Source: Nitrospiraceae bacterium
GTDB taxonomy: Bacteria > Nitrospirota > Thermodesulfovibrionia > UBA6902
DNA: 64,000 nucleotides
Direction: 5' to 3'
Assembly (NCBI GenBank): GCA_003599505.1
Contig: QZKO01000014.1
Span: 7,774-71,773, forward strand
The notes beneath the pieces are model-generated. The model was not told the DNA's origin. It ran no database searches and saw nothing but the letters and a program-made list of their open reading frames with translations. A program made the position numbers and the translations under genes. Positions 48,056 to 57,921 of this stretch are shown here, in pieces (position 1 is the stretch's first letter; every line of letters begins with the position of its first letter).

Positions 48056-49222
48056 ATGTTTATTCGTGATACAAATAAAATTTTTAGTTGTCTGATTGCG
48101 TTGATATTTTTTGCAATCATTTGCGCTCCGTTATTGATGTTCGGACTTTCCGGACACGAAGAGATCTCTGTGGCTGAAAATAGAAAGCTTGCGTCATTGC
48201 CGCGATTTCAAGTTTCCCCGGAAGGTCTGAAGGAGCTCCCGAATCAAGTTGAAAAATACTACCAGGACCATTTTGGTTTTAGACTTAGCTTCCTTCATTT
48301 ATACCAGTTAATTAAGTATAAAATTGGTGATTCACCCACAGAGCATATGATTATTGGTAAAGAGGGATGGCTGTTTGGCAAGGGGAAAGGATATTTTGAT
48401 AAAAACGATCAAATTGACAACTATAGAAATATTAACGTACTGTCATCGGAAGAATTGGATCATTTGACAAAGACGTTAGTTGCAAAGCATCTCTGGTTAA
48501 AAGAAAAAGGAATTAAATTTATATTCATTATTGCGCCGAGTAAACACACAATCTACTCGGAATACATCCCTTCATACTTTACCAAGGTGCAGGACAAGTC
48601 AGCTTTAGACCAGGTTGTAGAAGCATTACAACAATACCCTGACTTTACTATAGTAGATCTTCGTAGGGGTTTAATCGATCATAAGAAAAATTCAGAACAT
48701 TTTCTTTATTATCGACTTGATTCGCACTGGAACAGTTATGGAGCGAATATTGCTCAGTACGAAATTGCAAAAAGTATTGAATCATATTTTCCTGGACGGA
48801 TTAAACCGATTCTGAATAAGCCGGAAGGCTTTGACGCCGCGCCTGACCGATCCGTTGCCGGTAGTCCTTATTTAATCAAAATTAAGGAAGAAGACCCTCT
48901 CCCCATATGGAAGAGTCGATGCGGTATAGAGCGTATACATGAGAAGAATGAACAAGACGGCATTTTTACGACAAGTTGTAAGGATGCAGACCTTAAAGCA
49001 GTTGTTTTCAGGGATTCGTTTTTTATAGCTCTCCAGCCCTTTATTTCTGAATACTTCAGGCGCATAACATACATATCTGATGAAATTAGCTACACGGAAT
49101 TGGAAAAATATGTCACGAGCGAAAAACCGGATATTGTACTTGAAGAATGGGTTGAGCGGAAATTACTGCTATCGCATGAATTGGACGACAGATTTCTGAT
49201 GACAATGAACAAATTAGATTGA
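48056..49222 (+). CDS. AlgJ/AlgX-like (DHHW-family) periplasmic O-acetyltransferase partner of MBOAT, N-terminally anchored
   Basis: An N-terminal TM is present. YRLDSHWNSYGA matches the D-x-H-W catalytic motif of AlgJ/AlgX-type SGNH-like enzymes. Confidence 0.5.
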   Translation: MFIRDTNKIFSCLIALIFFAIICAPLLMFGLSGHEEISVAENRKLASLPRFQVSPEGLKELPNQVEKYYQDHFGFRLSFLHLYQLIKYKIGDSPTEHMIIGKEGWLFGKGKGYFDKNDQIDNYRNINVLSSEELDHLTKTLVAKHLWLKEKGIKFIFIIAPSKHTIYSEYIPSYFTKVQDKSALDQVVEALQQYPDFTIVDLRRGLIDHKKNSEHFLYYRLDSHWNSYGANIAQYEIAKSIESYFPGRIKPILNKPEGFDAAPDRSVAGSPYLIKIKEEDPLPIWKSRCGIERIHEKNEQDGIFTTSCKDADLKAVVFRDSFFIALQPFISEYFRRITYISDEISYTELEKYVTSEKPDIVLEEWVERKLLLSHELDDRFLMTMNKLD

Positions 49223-49358
49223 GAATAAATTCCAACATGATATGAAGAAAAAAAGTGAATGGGTTTGCAAATATTAAGCCTACATCATTTTTCGTCAGCA
49301 ATTATTGTAAGATTAATAATATTATTATCATTACTGTAATGTGACGTCAATATAGTTT

Positions 49359-50504
49359 ATGAAAATCAATGCCATAAAGGTTATAGACTATTATGTGGGA
49401 AGCTCTCTTATAGCAATGCTCAAACCTTTTGTTATATTGCTTGAGAAAATCCTGCGAAGAGACCACAGGCTTGAACTTAAAAAACAGGTGACCTTCGTGA
49501 AATTATTAGGCGGCGGCAGTCTTGTAATCGCATTTCCTGCTTTGCTTGGCTTAAGGAAAAAATATCCGGACCTGAGCATAAATCTTGTTACGACCAAAGG
49601 GATCACCCCTTTTGCCCGCAGCCTGAATATTTTTGACAATTATTTTGAGATTGACTATTCGAGTGTAATTAAACTGCTCTTAAGTTCATTGAATACCTAT
49701 ATCAGGACCTTCGGGAGCGATACCATTATTGATCTTGAAGTCCATAGTAAACTAACGACAGTTTTTTCAGTTCTCAGCGCGGCCCGAAACCGTATAGGAT
49801 TTTATGAGCATGAGGCGTTCTGGAGAAGACGTATCTATACCCACATGATCTATTTTAATACTTTTTCCGGTTCGTATGAATTCTATGATAAAATTATTCA
49901 TCTTTTTACGGTATCTCCGTCTTCAATTGGTGAGTGCAGGGACCATCTACTGAAGGGCTTACCCAGAGTTGAACAAACCGGGAAATACAGGATATGCATA
50001 GGCCACGCATGTTCAGATATTGGACGTGAGCGAATGCTTGATGCCAAGCAATGGGAGAAGGTTTTTCAATCAAGAATTGATAAGAATATTGAAGCAGAAG
50101 TCGTGTTTCTTGGCGTGAAAAGAGATTCTCAGCTCGCCGCTGAAATAATAGAGACTCTATCCACACGATTCAGGAATATTAAATTTGTCAATTCCTGCGG
50201 GCAATATAGCCTGACTGAAAGCCTGGCGATTTTAAGCTCAAGTAACGAGTTCTGGAGCATTGATTCTTCTCTTCTTCATTATGCACGTCTTTTTAATATT
50301 AAAACTGTTTCATGGTGGGGGCCGACAGATCCAAAGACCCGTTTACGCGCGATACCCGGGCTTGAGGAAGAAACCTATTATTGCAAAATACCATGTTCTC
50401 CCTGCACTCATGTTACCGAAACTCCGCCCTGCATGGGTGATAATATCTGTATCGAAAATTTATTTAATGACAAAAAACGCGAATGGACGGGGCTCGTTAC
50501 CTGA
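49359..50504 (+). CDS. Glycosyltransferase family 9 (heptosyltransferase-like)
   Basis: LLGGGSLVIAFPALLGLRKKYPDL is the N-terminal GT9 signature. LTESLAILSSSNEFWSIDSSLLHYARLFNIKTVSWWGPTDP matches the C-terminal DSG..HLA...G.P.V.LFGPT.P block. A terminal CSPC...C cluster is present. Confidence 0.6.
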   Translation: MKINAIKVIDYYVGSSLIAMLKPFVILLEKILRRDHRLELKKQVTFVKLLGGGSLVIAFPALLGLRKKYPDLSINLVTTKGITPFARSLNIFDNYFEIDYSSVIKLLLSSLNTYIRTFGSDTIIDLEVHSKLTTVFSVLSAARNRIGFYEHEAFWRRRIYTHMIYFNTFSGSYEFYDKIIHLFTVSPSSIGECRDHLLKGLPRVEQTGKYRICIGHACSDIGRERMLDAKQWEKVFQSRIDKNIEAEVVFLGVKRDSQLAAEIIETLSTRFRNIKFVNSCGQYSLTESLAILSSSNEFWSIDSSLLHYARLFNIKTVSWWGPTDPKTRLRAIPGLEEETYYCKIPCSPCTHVTETPPCMGDNICIENLFNDKKREWTGLVT

Positions 50505-50529
50505 AATACTGCTTGATACTTTCACTCTT

Positions 50530-51411
50530 TCAAAAAGGGCGTATTCTTGTTTTGAGATGTTCAAACACGCTGAAATCAGGGGCGGGATTTTGATCAAAAA
50601 AAGTAAGGATCGATTCGCTGCGAAAAGGCAGTTTAAATTTTATTTTTTCCAGAATAATCAACAGAAACCATGGGATTTGCCACGGTACTGGTATGAATAG
50701 AACGTTCTTCTTTACCTGACGATCTTTTATTTTGACAAGAAACTGTTTCAACGTGAGAGGTTTTTCATTCACAGCGCATATTGGCTTAACGATAGCTTTA
50801 TTTTTTGAGGCAACTTCTTCTACAAGGGCAAGAAGGTCATCAAGATGAGAAGTATAGACGGTCGGCCTCTTTGAATATAGGATTGGCACAATAGGAAGGA
50901 TTCGAAATAATTTTTCAAAGAACTGTAACGTCCCTCCTCCCTGTCCTCCATACAGTTTATTTTTTTTATCCACATAGATAGTACCCGGGCGGATAACGAC
51001 CCCCCCCTGTTCAAAGGTATTTTGTTCTCCGGCAAGCTTGGCCCGGCCGTACATTGTTCTGCACCCTTCAAACGCGTGCATGCTGGAGATAAACACAATA
51101 AGGCCGACTTTTGCTTTCTTAGCCGCTTCAAGAAGCAGCTTTGTGCCGTTAATGTTGATATCTCTGATTGTATCCGGGTTGTTACATTTAAAATCATATG
51201 CGCAATGAATAAGTAAGTCTACATCAGCCAGAGATGCAGGGTCTATTTTATCACCCAGTGAAAAATGTATGATTTTATCATCGCTATCAGTTCCCCGGTC
51301 TTTTTTCCTTTGCATTTTTATCACGGACCAGCCGGATTCTTTCATTTTTTGAGCGATATGATGACCAAGAAATCCGGTAGCCCCTGTGACAGCGCATGTT
51401 CCTTTAGACAT
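50530..51411 (-). CDS. NAD-dependent epimerase/dehydratase (SDR family)
   Basis: CAVTGATGFLGHHIAQKM is the Rossmann motif. YGRAK is YxxxK. Confidence 0.7.
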   Translation of the reverse strand: MSKGTCAVTGATGFLGHHIAQKMKESGWSVIKMQRKKDRGTDSDDKIIHFSLGDKIDPASLADVDLLIHCAYDFKCNNPDTIRDININGTKLLLEAAKKAKVGLIVFISSMHAFEGCRTMYGRAKLAGEQNTFEQGGVVIRPGTIYVDKKNKLYGGQGGGTLQFFEKLFRILPIVPILYSKRPTVYTSHLDDLLALVEEVASKNKAIVKPICAVNEKPLTLKQFLVKIKDRQVKKNVLFIPVPWQIPWFLLIILEKIKFKLPFRSESILTFFDQNPAPDFSVFEHLKTRIRPF

Positions 51412-53023
51412 TGGGACCTTCCATTGTCTGCTTATCTACTGAGTCCGCGATTCTGCAGGCATTAGCCATGACTGTGAGGGTTAAAGGCGTAGCAGGAATA
51501 GATGGCAGAACAGACGAATCAACTATATGCACGCGTTCACATCCGGAAGGTCTCCCAAGGAGGTCTGTTTGATAGGCATTTGGCGACTGAGACATAGGAA
51601 GTGTAGAACCGATGTGCTGACTGTCTCCAGGTAAAAGTGTTTGAACACCCAGTCCCAATGGTATACCCCCGAGAGCATGACGATGTTTTTTTAGCAAGCG
51701 CAGAATGGATTTCATGATGGCATCGGATTTCGGATTGATTTGTCCTTTTATTTCTCCCATACCTTTGGTCCCGGGTTTATATTCATGGACCTTGAGTGAC
51801 ATTGCTCCGGAGTCGTCTGAATGGAAATACACAAAACATATCATTAACCTCTCAAAGAACCCTGAAAACAATTTTGGGACAAGTTCTGTAATAGAACCCA
51901 GCCGTTGCCTCAGAGGCTCCAACATGAGATCATTGTAGCCGTAATATTGCAAATGAACTATGTTAGGACTAACAGAGGGGTTATCGATCTCCATGTAGAT
52001 CTGATCAGCAGTATGCTCCTTTTCTTTAACACAACCCCTGGAACGATGCCATCTCAGCAGCGGGAAAACGTATTTTTGACTGTCCTTGATAATAAATTCA
52101 TGGTCCGTTAAGTTCAGAGATCGAGCGACAATGCATGTAGTATTGATGACCCCGCAGGCAAGAAATAATCGGCAGCCTTTGAGAATTGATTCGTCCGAGG
52201 AATGAATATCTTTAATATGTATTTCGACCTCCCCATTGTCTTCTGAAAAACGTGTGACAAGCTTACCGGGTAAATAAGTAAAATTATCATCTTTCTGTAA
52301 CTGAGTTAATAAAAAAGCAGAGTTAAAAATAGCGTTATTGGGACAACCATGCATACACAACCCACAAGGGGAACAACCTTTATTATCAAGTGAATACTTT
52401 GACCCAACAGCTAACTTTGCTCTCCCAAAGTAGAGGCCATCATCTGCTAAATCATCCTTGTAAGGTTTAAGACTTTCGTATAAGTCATTTCCCTGTTTGC
52501 CAAGAGGGAAAGAAGGGGGGTATCCTATATTTACAGGAAATATCTCTGACATTTCACCTTTTGGAGAGGCAATATCGATAATTTCTTCCAATAAGGTGTA
52601 ATATGGTTTCAACTCATTGAAAGTTATCGGCCAACCAAGCATTTCTTTCGGAATTATACAGCTTACATTTGCTCCCCACACGGTACTGAAACCGCCTTTT
52701 GCCAAAGAAGACCGGATGACCGCCTTATCATCATTCTCTACGAAAGTATCATCTATACCTTTATACGGAAAATCCGAACCGAATAATGTCTTGGCCGGCT
52801 GAACGTCGCTCTGCTGCCTGTGTTTTTTGCGGAGGAGGTGGATGTCCTTTATCAGTTCCGCTGTATCACGATCTTTACGATATCTGTTTACAAGAGACTG
52901 GGACTCATCTTTCAGGGTAAAACCAACATCCAAGAGAGTTACCTTATAGCCTGCTTTAAGAAGGGTGTAGGCGCAGGCAATTCCAGACGGTCCCGATCCA
53001 ACCACATACATCATGTTATTCAT
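51404..53023 (-). CDS. GMC-family FAD-dependent oxidoreductase
   Basis: The N-terminal YVVGSGPSGIACAYTLLKAGYKVTLLDVG is the FAD-binding GxGxxG motif. The C-terminal ERVHIVDSSVLPSIPATPLTLTVMANACRIAD matches the GMC_oxred_C signature. Confidence 0.65.
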   Translation of the reverse strand: MNNMMYVVGSGPSGIACAYTLLKAGYKVTLLDVGFTLKDESQSLVNRYRKDRDTAELIKDIHLLRKKHRQQSDVQPAKTLFGSDFPYKGIDDTFVENDDKAVIRSSLAKGGFSTVWGANVSCIIPKEMLGWPITFNELKPYYTLLEEIIDIASPKGEMSEIFPVNIGYPPSFPLGKQGNDLYESLKPYKDDLADDGLYFGRAKLAVGSKYSLDNKGCSPCGLCMHGCPNNAIFNSAFLLTQLQKDDNFTYLPGKLVTRFSEDNGEVEIHIKDIHSSDESILKGCRLFLACGVINTTCIVARSLNLTDHEFIIKDSQKYVFPLLRWHRSRGCVKEKEHTADQIYMEIDNPSVSPNIVHLQYYGYNDLMLEPLRQRLGSITELVPKLFSGFFERLMICFVYFHSDDSGAMSLKVHEYKPGTKGMGEIKGQINPKSDAIMKSILRLLKKHRHALGGIPLGLGVQTLLPGDSQHIGSTLPMSQSPNAYQTDLLGRPSGCERVHIVDSSVLPSIPATPLTLTVMANACRIADSVDKQTMEGPNV

Positions 53024-53030
53024 AGTCTTT

Positions 53031-54104
53031 TTATCTTGCCTCGAGAAAAGTGCCGGTAAATTTTGCTACCATACTTTTAGTTGACTTTTCAATTGCAACA
53101 CAAGCTAACAAGAATATCGGGGATAAAATTAATGTGAATATCATACTCTTAGTGTTTCCGTGTGTGATTAATCCAAATTTATCCAATAAATAAAAATAAA
53201 AGAAATGAAATAAATATACCGGATATGAGTAGTTCCCCAATATATTGATTATTTTTTTAAAAGGCAAAACGATGTCATTATTTAACGTACACAGCATAAG
53301 AAGAAAAGTTGATAAGACGAATAAAGGCGCGGCAAAAAGCGCCGAATTATTGAATATCATATTATTAACACGTGTTAAATAAACCATTGACAGGAAAACA
53401 AGAAATGAAATAAAAAGACTTGCATTACCGGACAATAATTTAAATTTATCTTTATTGATGCCGGACAAACAAAACGATAGTGAAAATATAAACAAGTGAC
53501 TGAGGAACATAAAACGATAGACAAAATAAGATCTTGTGATCGGCAGGCCTATTATAACATAGGAAATATGCGTTATAGACATAACAGTTAGTATGATTGT
53601 TAATGTCTTAAGCGGGCCATATTTTTTTATAATTAAAAATAAAAAAGGTGCTATCAGATAGCATTGAAGCAATGATGGAATGAACCAATACCATCGAGGA
53701 GCTTCATAAAATGGAAATGCCAGAAAATTCATAAATGAAGGCAAATCGTAACTGGCTGCACCTTTTGAAATCAAATATACTGTATACAAAACCAAACTGA
53801 CTAAATAGAGCGGATATAACCGGAAGAATCTTTTAAACAGGAATCTCTTAACAGTATTAATATTAAATACGGTATATTTCTCCAACGACTTATATACGCA
53901 GTAGCCGCTCGTTATAAAAAAAAACGCTACTATTCCGTTAGCAAAACCTTCAATTGATCTTGAGTAGTTCCAGATTACATAATGATTCATTACCACAGCT
54001 ATAATGGCAAGTCCTCTCAGGTAAGATATTTTTTCATTTGTGGTTAAATCTGCGTTCATATGCGTTAATGTCTTTTTGCAAAATACCTGCATCAAGACTT
54101 TCAA
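53031..54104 (-). CDS. Acyltransferase family 3 (OatA/WecH-like) integral membrane O-acyltransferase
   Basis: ISYLRGLAIIAVVMNHY is the N-terminal Acyl_transf_3 R-G...H motif. It has about 10 TM helices. Confidence 0.65.
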   Translation of the reverse strand: MKVLMQVFCKKTLTHMNADLTTNEKISYLRGLAIIAVVMNHYVIWNYSRSIEGFANGIVAFFFITSGYCVYKSLEKYTVFNINTVKRFLFKRFFRLYPLYLVSLVLYTVYLISKGAASYDLPSFMNFLAFPFYEAPRWYWFIPSLLQCYLIAPFLFLIIKKYGPLKTLTIILTVMSITHISYVIIGLPITRSYFVYRFMFLSHLFIFSLSFCLSGINKDKFKLLSGNASLFISFLVFLSMVYLTRVNNMIFNNSALFAAPLFVLSTFLLMLCTLNNDIVLPFKKIINILGNYSYPVYLFHFFYFYLLDKFGLITHGNTKSMIFTLILSPIFLLACVAIEKSTKSMVAKFTGTFLEAR

Positions 54105-54106
54105 TC

Positions 54107-55534
54107 TTATTTTTTCTTGTAAAACACCTTCATGTAATGAAGGCTGAAACTTAAGACTTCCTGTACTCTAAGTCCTTCAGATTTTATGTAGACGAGAAAA
54201 TAAATAAACTGAAACCACAGGTTGAATAACGGATTTGGAGGAAGTTTTACGAGTTTTTTTATTAATGGGAGGGTCCAGGGGAAAAGGACGGCAGTCTGGA
54301 AAAACCTTTGAATGTTAAGGAGTTCGTTTATATTATTGTTTTTCATGACCGACCCCTTGTAATAAGAATCATCTATGGAATTAATATCGAAGTCTTTATC
54401 AAGGAACCCCTCTTCCTTGGCATAATCGACAATTTTAGTGCCTGAGTACGGATTATAAACCGAACACCAGGGGTAAGCGGTTTTGATCCTGATATTCAGG
54501 TCGATAGTCTCAAAGGCCTGCTCAACTGTTTCCCCGGGAAGGCCCGTCATGCAGTAGGCCCTGAACTTGATGCCATATTTTGTCAGCAACCCTGCGGTCT
54601 TAATGATCTGATCGTCACTGAGATTTTTTTTCAATATCTCATTTCTCAATTTTTCATTTCCGGATTCCATTCCGAATCTGGCAATACAACAACCGCTTGT
54701 CTTGAGTTCTCTTACCAGTTCTTCGTCCAGCATATCCGCCCTGATTAAACCGATATAAGGCAGATTAATTTTTTCCCTGTAATACCTCAGGAAATCCAGC
54801 GCCCATCTTTTGTTTATGAACATAATGTCCGATATGAAAAAAACCCGCTTAAAATCATATCGGGATTTTACCTGAAGTATTTCTTCGATTATATTTTCTT
54901 TACTTCTGAACCTTGTATATTTGCCCTTTCCCCTATACATTTCTTTCAGTTTGTGATTAAAACAAAAACTGCAGTCGTAGGGACATCCCCGCACGCCGAG
55001 AAAATTCTTTACAGACAGATTTTTGAGGAAGGGATAATTATCATAATAGAGTTCGAGGTCCATAAAAGGTAACTCATCAAGGTTTTCAATCAAGTGGCGG
55101 AGGTCGTTTTTATATATCCTGTCTTTCTGTTTAACCCAAAGATTAAGGATATTGGCAATATCGCTGTTATTATCAAGGGCGTTCATTAAATCCAGCATGG
55201 CATATTCACCCTCTCCGCGACAGATGATATCCACTCCTTCCTCTTCAATAACCTCGGGGAAATATGTAGGATGCACCCCCCCGAAAACTACTTTGATATC
55301 CGGGAATTCCTTTTTAACTTCCCGGCAAACATTTAAAGCCCAATGCTGCATGCCGCTCATAAGTGAAAAACCTATCACATCAGGAATATTTTTCTTCAGG
55401 GCCTTTACAAAACCGGCCGGTTGTGTGTCTATCACCATATTACAATTATGACCATGTTTTTTAAGCACTGCCGATACGTACTGTACCCCCGGGAATTCTG
55501 CTTTAATATTCTGAAAAAAAGTGATCGTGGCCAT
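54107..55534 (-). CDS. B12-binding-domain radical SAM enzyme (class B), paralog 3
   Basis: GVRGCPYDCSFCFNH is CX3CX2C. An N-terminal B12-binding-like domain is present. It shares overall collinearity with 19507 and 43151. Confidence 0.8.
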   Translation of the reverse strand: MATITFFQNIKAEFPGVQYVSAVLKKHGHNCNMVIDTQPAGFVKALKKNIPDVIGFSLMSGMQHWALNVCREVKKEFPDIKVVFGGVHPTYFPEVIEEEGVDIICRGEGEYAMLDLMNALDNNSDIANILNLWVKQKDRIYKNDLRHLIENLDELPFMDLELYYDNYPFLKNLSVKNFLGVRGCPYDCSFCFNHKLKEMYRGKGKYTRFRSKENIIEEILQVKSRYDFKRVFFISDIMFINKRWALDFLRYYREKINLPYIGLIRADMLDEELVRELKTSGCCIARFGMESGNEKLRNEILKKNLSDDQIIKTAGLLTKYGIKFRAYCMTGLPGETVEQAFETIDLNIRIKTAYPWCSVYNPYSGTKIVDYAKEEGFLDKDFDINSIDDSYYKGSVMKNNNINELLNIQRFFQTAVLFPWTLPLIKKLVKLPPNPLFNLWFQFIYFLVYIKSEGLRVQEVLSFSLHYMKVFYKKK

Positions 55535-55826
55535 TAAACGGTAATCCTCTTTCTGAATTCGAGACCAAAACTGTCAGGCTGGCGGAATAATCTTCGGAAA
55601 CGATAAAAGTTGCCGGGCCCGGGAAACCGGGCATTCGGCAATTCTTTAAAAAAAACGGATTCCTGCAAGCGCCGGAATGACGACGAAGGAAACTGAAAAC
55701 AGTTTTTCAGCAGAATGATATGCAATATGTTTGCGGACCTTGCAGTGCAAGGTATATTTTGTTTTGAGAACCCTAACAAGATGATAGTGTTTGCGATTCA
55801 GACATATTCAAAGTTTAACAAAAGGA

Positions 55827-57710
55827 TCAGTGAACCTGCAACATTCCGGGTTGTCTCATCCGGATATCTGTGAGTCTATTGACATTCGTTTTAAAATCTT
55901 CCTGAGAAATCTCATCGAGAACCGAAACAGGAGAGGCAGGGGCTACGGTATCCGAAGGAGGTATCTTATATACATAATAATCTGAATTTGCAATCCGTTG
56001 CCAGTCAAAATAAGAATCCGGATTCGCAATCTTCTGCTTTTCAGCAGGAGAAATCTGACCCGGCAGACTTTTTGTAACAATGACCTTTGCCCCTGTCCTG
56101 CCGAACGCCCCGATGACTTTGAATTGCGTTTCATTATTTGCTTCCCAGAAATAATCCGCCTCTTCACCGGGCATCTCAGCAACAATTCGGACCTTTGCAA
56201 GCCTGGCCCAGAAGTAAGGATGCGAGTAGCCGATACTCGCGACCTTGTCGCCCGGTAAAACTCCCATTTGTTTTATGGCGTCTGCAACCTGCCAATGCGT
56301 GTTATCGGGTAAAGAATATCTGTCTCTGATCAAATGACGGGTTGACGTGAACATCATTACCATCCCTATGAGAAGAGCGATATTCCTCAGTAATCTTATT
56401 GATTCATCGGAGTCAGGAAGGCGTATGCCGGAAAATACTCCCAGCCATAAAAGAGTAATAAAAGGGGCAACATACCTTGACTCGGCAGATACCATAAAAT
56501 ACATGCTTAAGGCCATGATCGCAGGAATCAATAAACTCCATTGTTCCGACATGTCCCTCACGATCAGCCACTTCCTGCGGCCCATGAGACAGAGAATGAA
56601 GACGGTAAAGAACATAATGTTGAAATCCGGATTGAAAATTTGATAGTAGCTTTTGACGGTGCTTTGAAAAACTCTTAACTGGTTCTCCAGGTTAAAATGG
56701 ATTTCAAGGCCGTCATACCAGTAGGAAGGATCATACCACATCGGGTATGTTCCCGGGACCGGAGCTCCGAATTCATAAACCTTAGGCACATTGAAAATCC
56801 GTCTTGGAGGATGTTTGAACATGCGGTTGACGGAATTTGTATCATCCCAGTAACGACCGATTGTAAACTTAGTTACATGATGGTAGTTGAATTTTCCCGC
56901 GTCCCCGAATGTAAAACGCCCCTTTGCGTGTGAAATTGCGATGATAAAAGGGCCTGCAACGGACATGAAAATGATCAGAGCGATTATAGTACGGGGCAAC
57001 GCCTTGCGGAAATTGCCGAACGAAAAAAAACTAAGCGATAAAAAAATGAAAGATAGAGGGAACATGACCGATTTTGCAAGATAGCCGAAACCAAGCACTG
57101 CTCCCAACAAGGCAAATGTAAAATAATTTTTTACTCCTCTGCGTATGCGCAATAATATTCCGCAGGCCAGATACACAAAAGCAGAAACACACATATCCGG
57201 AGTTACTATGGATAAAGTTATCATGTTCAGGGAAGAATGCAGGAACAAGGAGTATCCCAGTGCGATCCATGCCCATTCCGGAAAGATCACACCACAATCC
57301 CCCGGTTTTTTCCCCTGCCGGAAATGATGGTATCCGATCAATTGCAGCAGGAGGAAATGAAAACATCCTAACGCGAACAGGTAACTTATGAAATTTACGA
57401 GATGAACAACAGGAAATTCATTATATGGTGAAGGTTTCAGGAAATGCATTGCCGGGCCTAACAGCCATGAATATAACGGACTCCAATAAGCGTTAACGGC
57501 ATTCTTCCAGTCGCCGCGGAAATACGTGTCTCCTATATCGAGATATGAGATGCCGTCAGCGTCCATATGATAACGGGCGTCCCAGGCTTGCCAGGCCCCC
57601 AGGATGACGCAGATAAGCCAAAAGACTGCTATCAGCCGTTTATTGCGGGGGTGGATAGATAACGGGTTGTTTTTTTGCGGATGAACAGGGTCAGTATTAT
57701 TCTTTTCCAT
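55827..57710 (-). CDS. Large GT-C-like polytopic membrane protein with C-terminal periplasmic domain (ArnT/PMT-like)
   Basis: The N-terminal TM is followed by an Asp-rich loop (HMDADGISYLDIGD). It has about 12 TM helices and a soluble domain of about 200 aa. Confidence 0.5.
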   Translation of the reverse strand: MEKNNTDPVHPQKNNPLSIHPRNKRLIAVFWLICVILGAWQAWDARYHMDADGISYLDIGDTYFRGDWKNAVNAYWSPLYSWLLGPAMHFLKPSPYNEFPVVHLVNFISYLFALGCFHFLLLQLIGYHHFRQGKKPGDCGVIFPEWAWIALGYSLFLHSSLNMITLSIVTPDMCVSAFVYLACGILLRIRRGVKNYFTFALLGAVLGFGYLAKSVMFPLSFIFLSLSFFSFGNFRKALPRTIIALIIFMSVAGPFIIAISHAKGRFTFGDAGKFNYHHVTKFTIGRYWDDTNSVNRMFKHPPRRIFNVPKVYEFGAPVPGTYPMWYDPSYWYDGLEIHFNLENQLRVFQSTVKSYYQIFNPDFNIMFFTVFILCLMGRRKWLIVRDMSEQWSLLIPAIMALSMYFMVSAESRYVAPFITLLWLGVFSGIRLPDSDESIRLLRNIALLIGMVMMFTSTRHLIRDRYSLPDNTHWQVADAIKQMGVLPGDKVASIGYSHPYFWARLAKVRIVAEMPGEEADYFWEANNETQFKVIGAFGRTGAKVIVTKSLPGQISPAEKQKIANPDSYFDWQRIANSDYYVYKIPPSDTVAPASPVSVLDEISQEDFKTNVNRLTDIRMRQPGMLQVH

Positions 57711-57921
57711 TGAAGATAATTTGTGACGGGATCTTCTTTAAACGGAAATGACTTGGAATTTTAAAATGTTTTTATATACAATCGAGACGACACGTTACAA
57801 AGTATGCTTAAAAATTTGATCAAGAAAAATAAAGGATATTAAAAAACCAAGCTTGATTATTTTAAAAAATAAATAGGATAAATATCAATACCTTGCAGAA
57901 AAAATTACCGATATCAAACCC

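Noticed and set aside
55534-55779. 81-aa ORF in the gap between the B12-radical SAM and GT-C genes
   Set aside because: It shares its start position with the radical SAM gene's upstream region and has arbitrary composition. No homology-like motifs were seen. The region is more likely a promoter/UTR.
519-57366. Numerous 60-125-aa antisense or out-of-frame ORFs nested in confidently called genes (for example 519..833, 2087..2377, 4032..4409, 5538..5792, 16595..17238, 36529..37244, 55943..56933, 57031..57366)
   Set aside because: They are fully contained within longer, motif-supported CDSs on the other strand or frame. They have low-complexity or odd composition and no RBS or start evidence.
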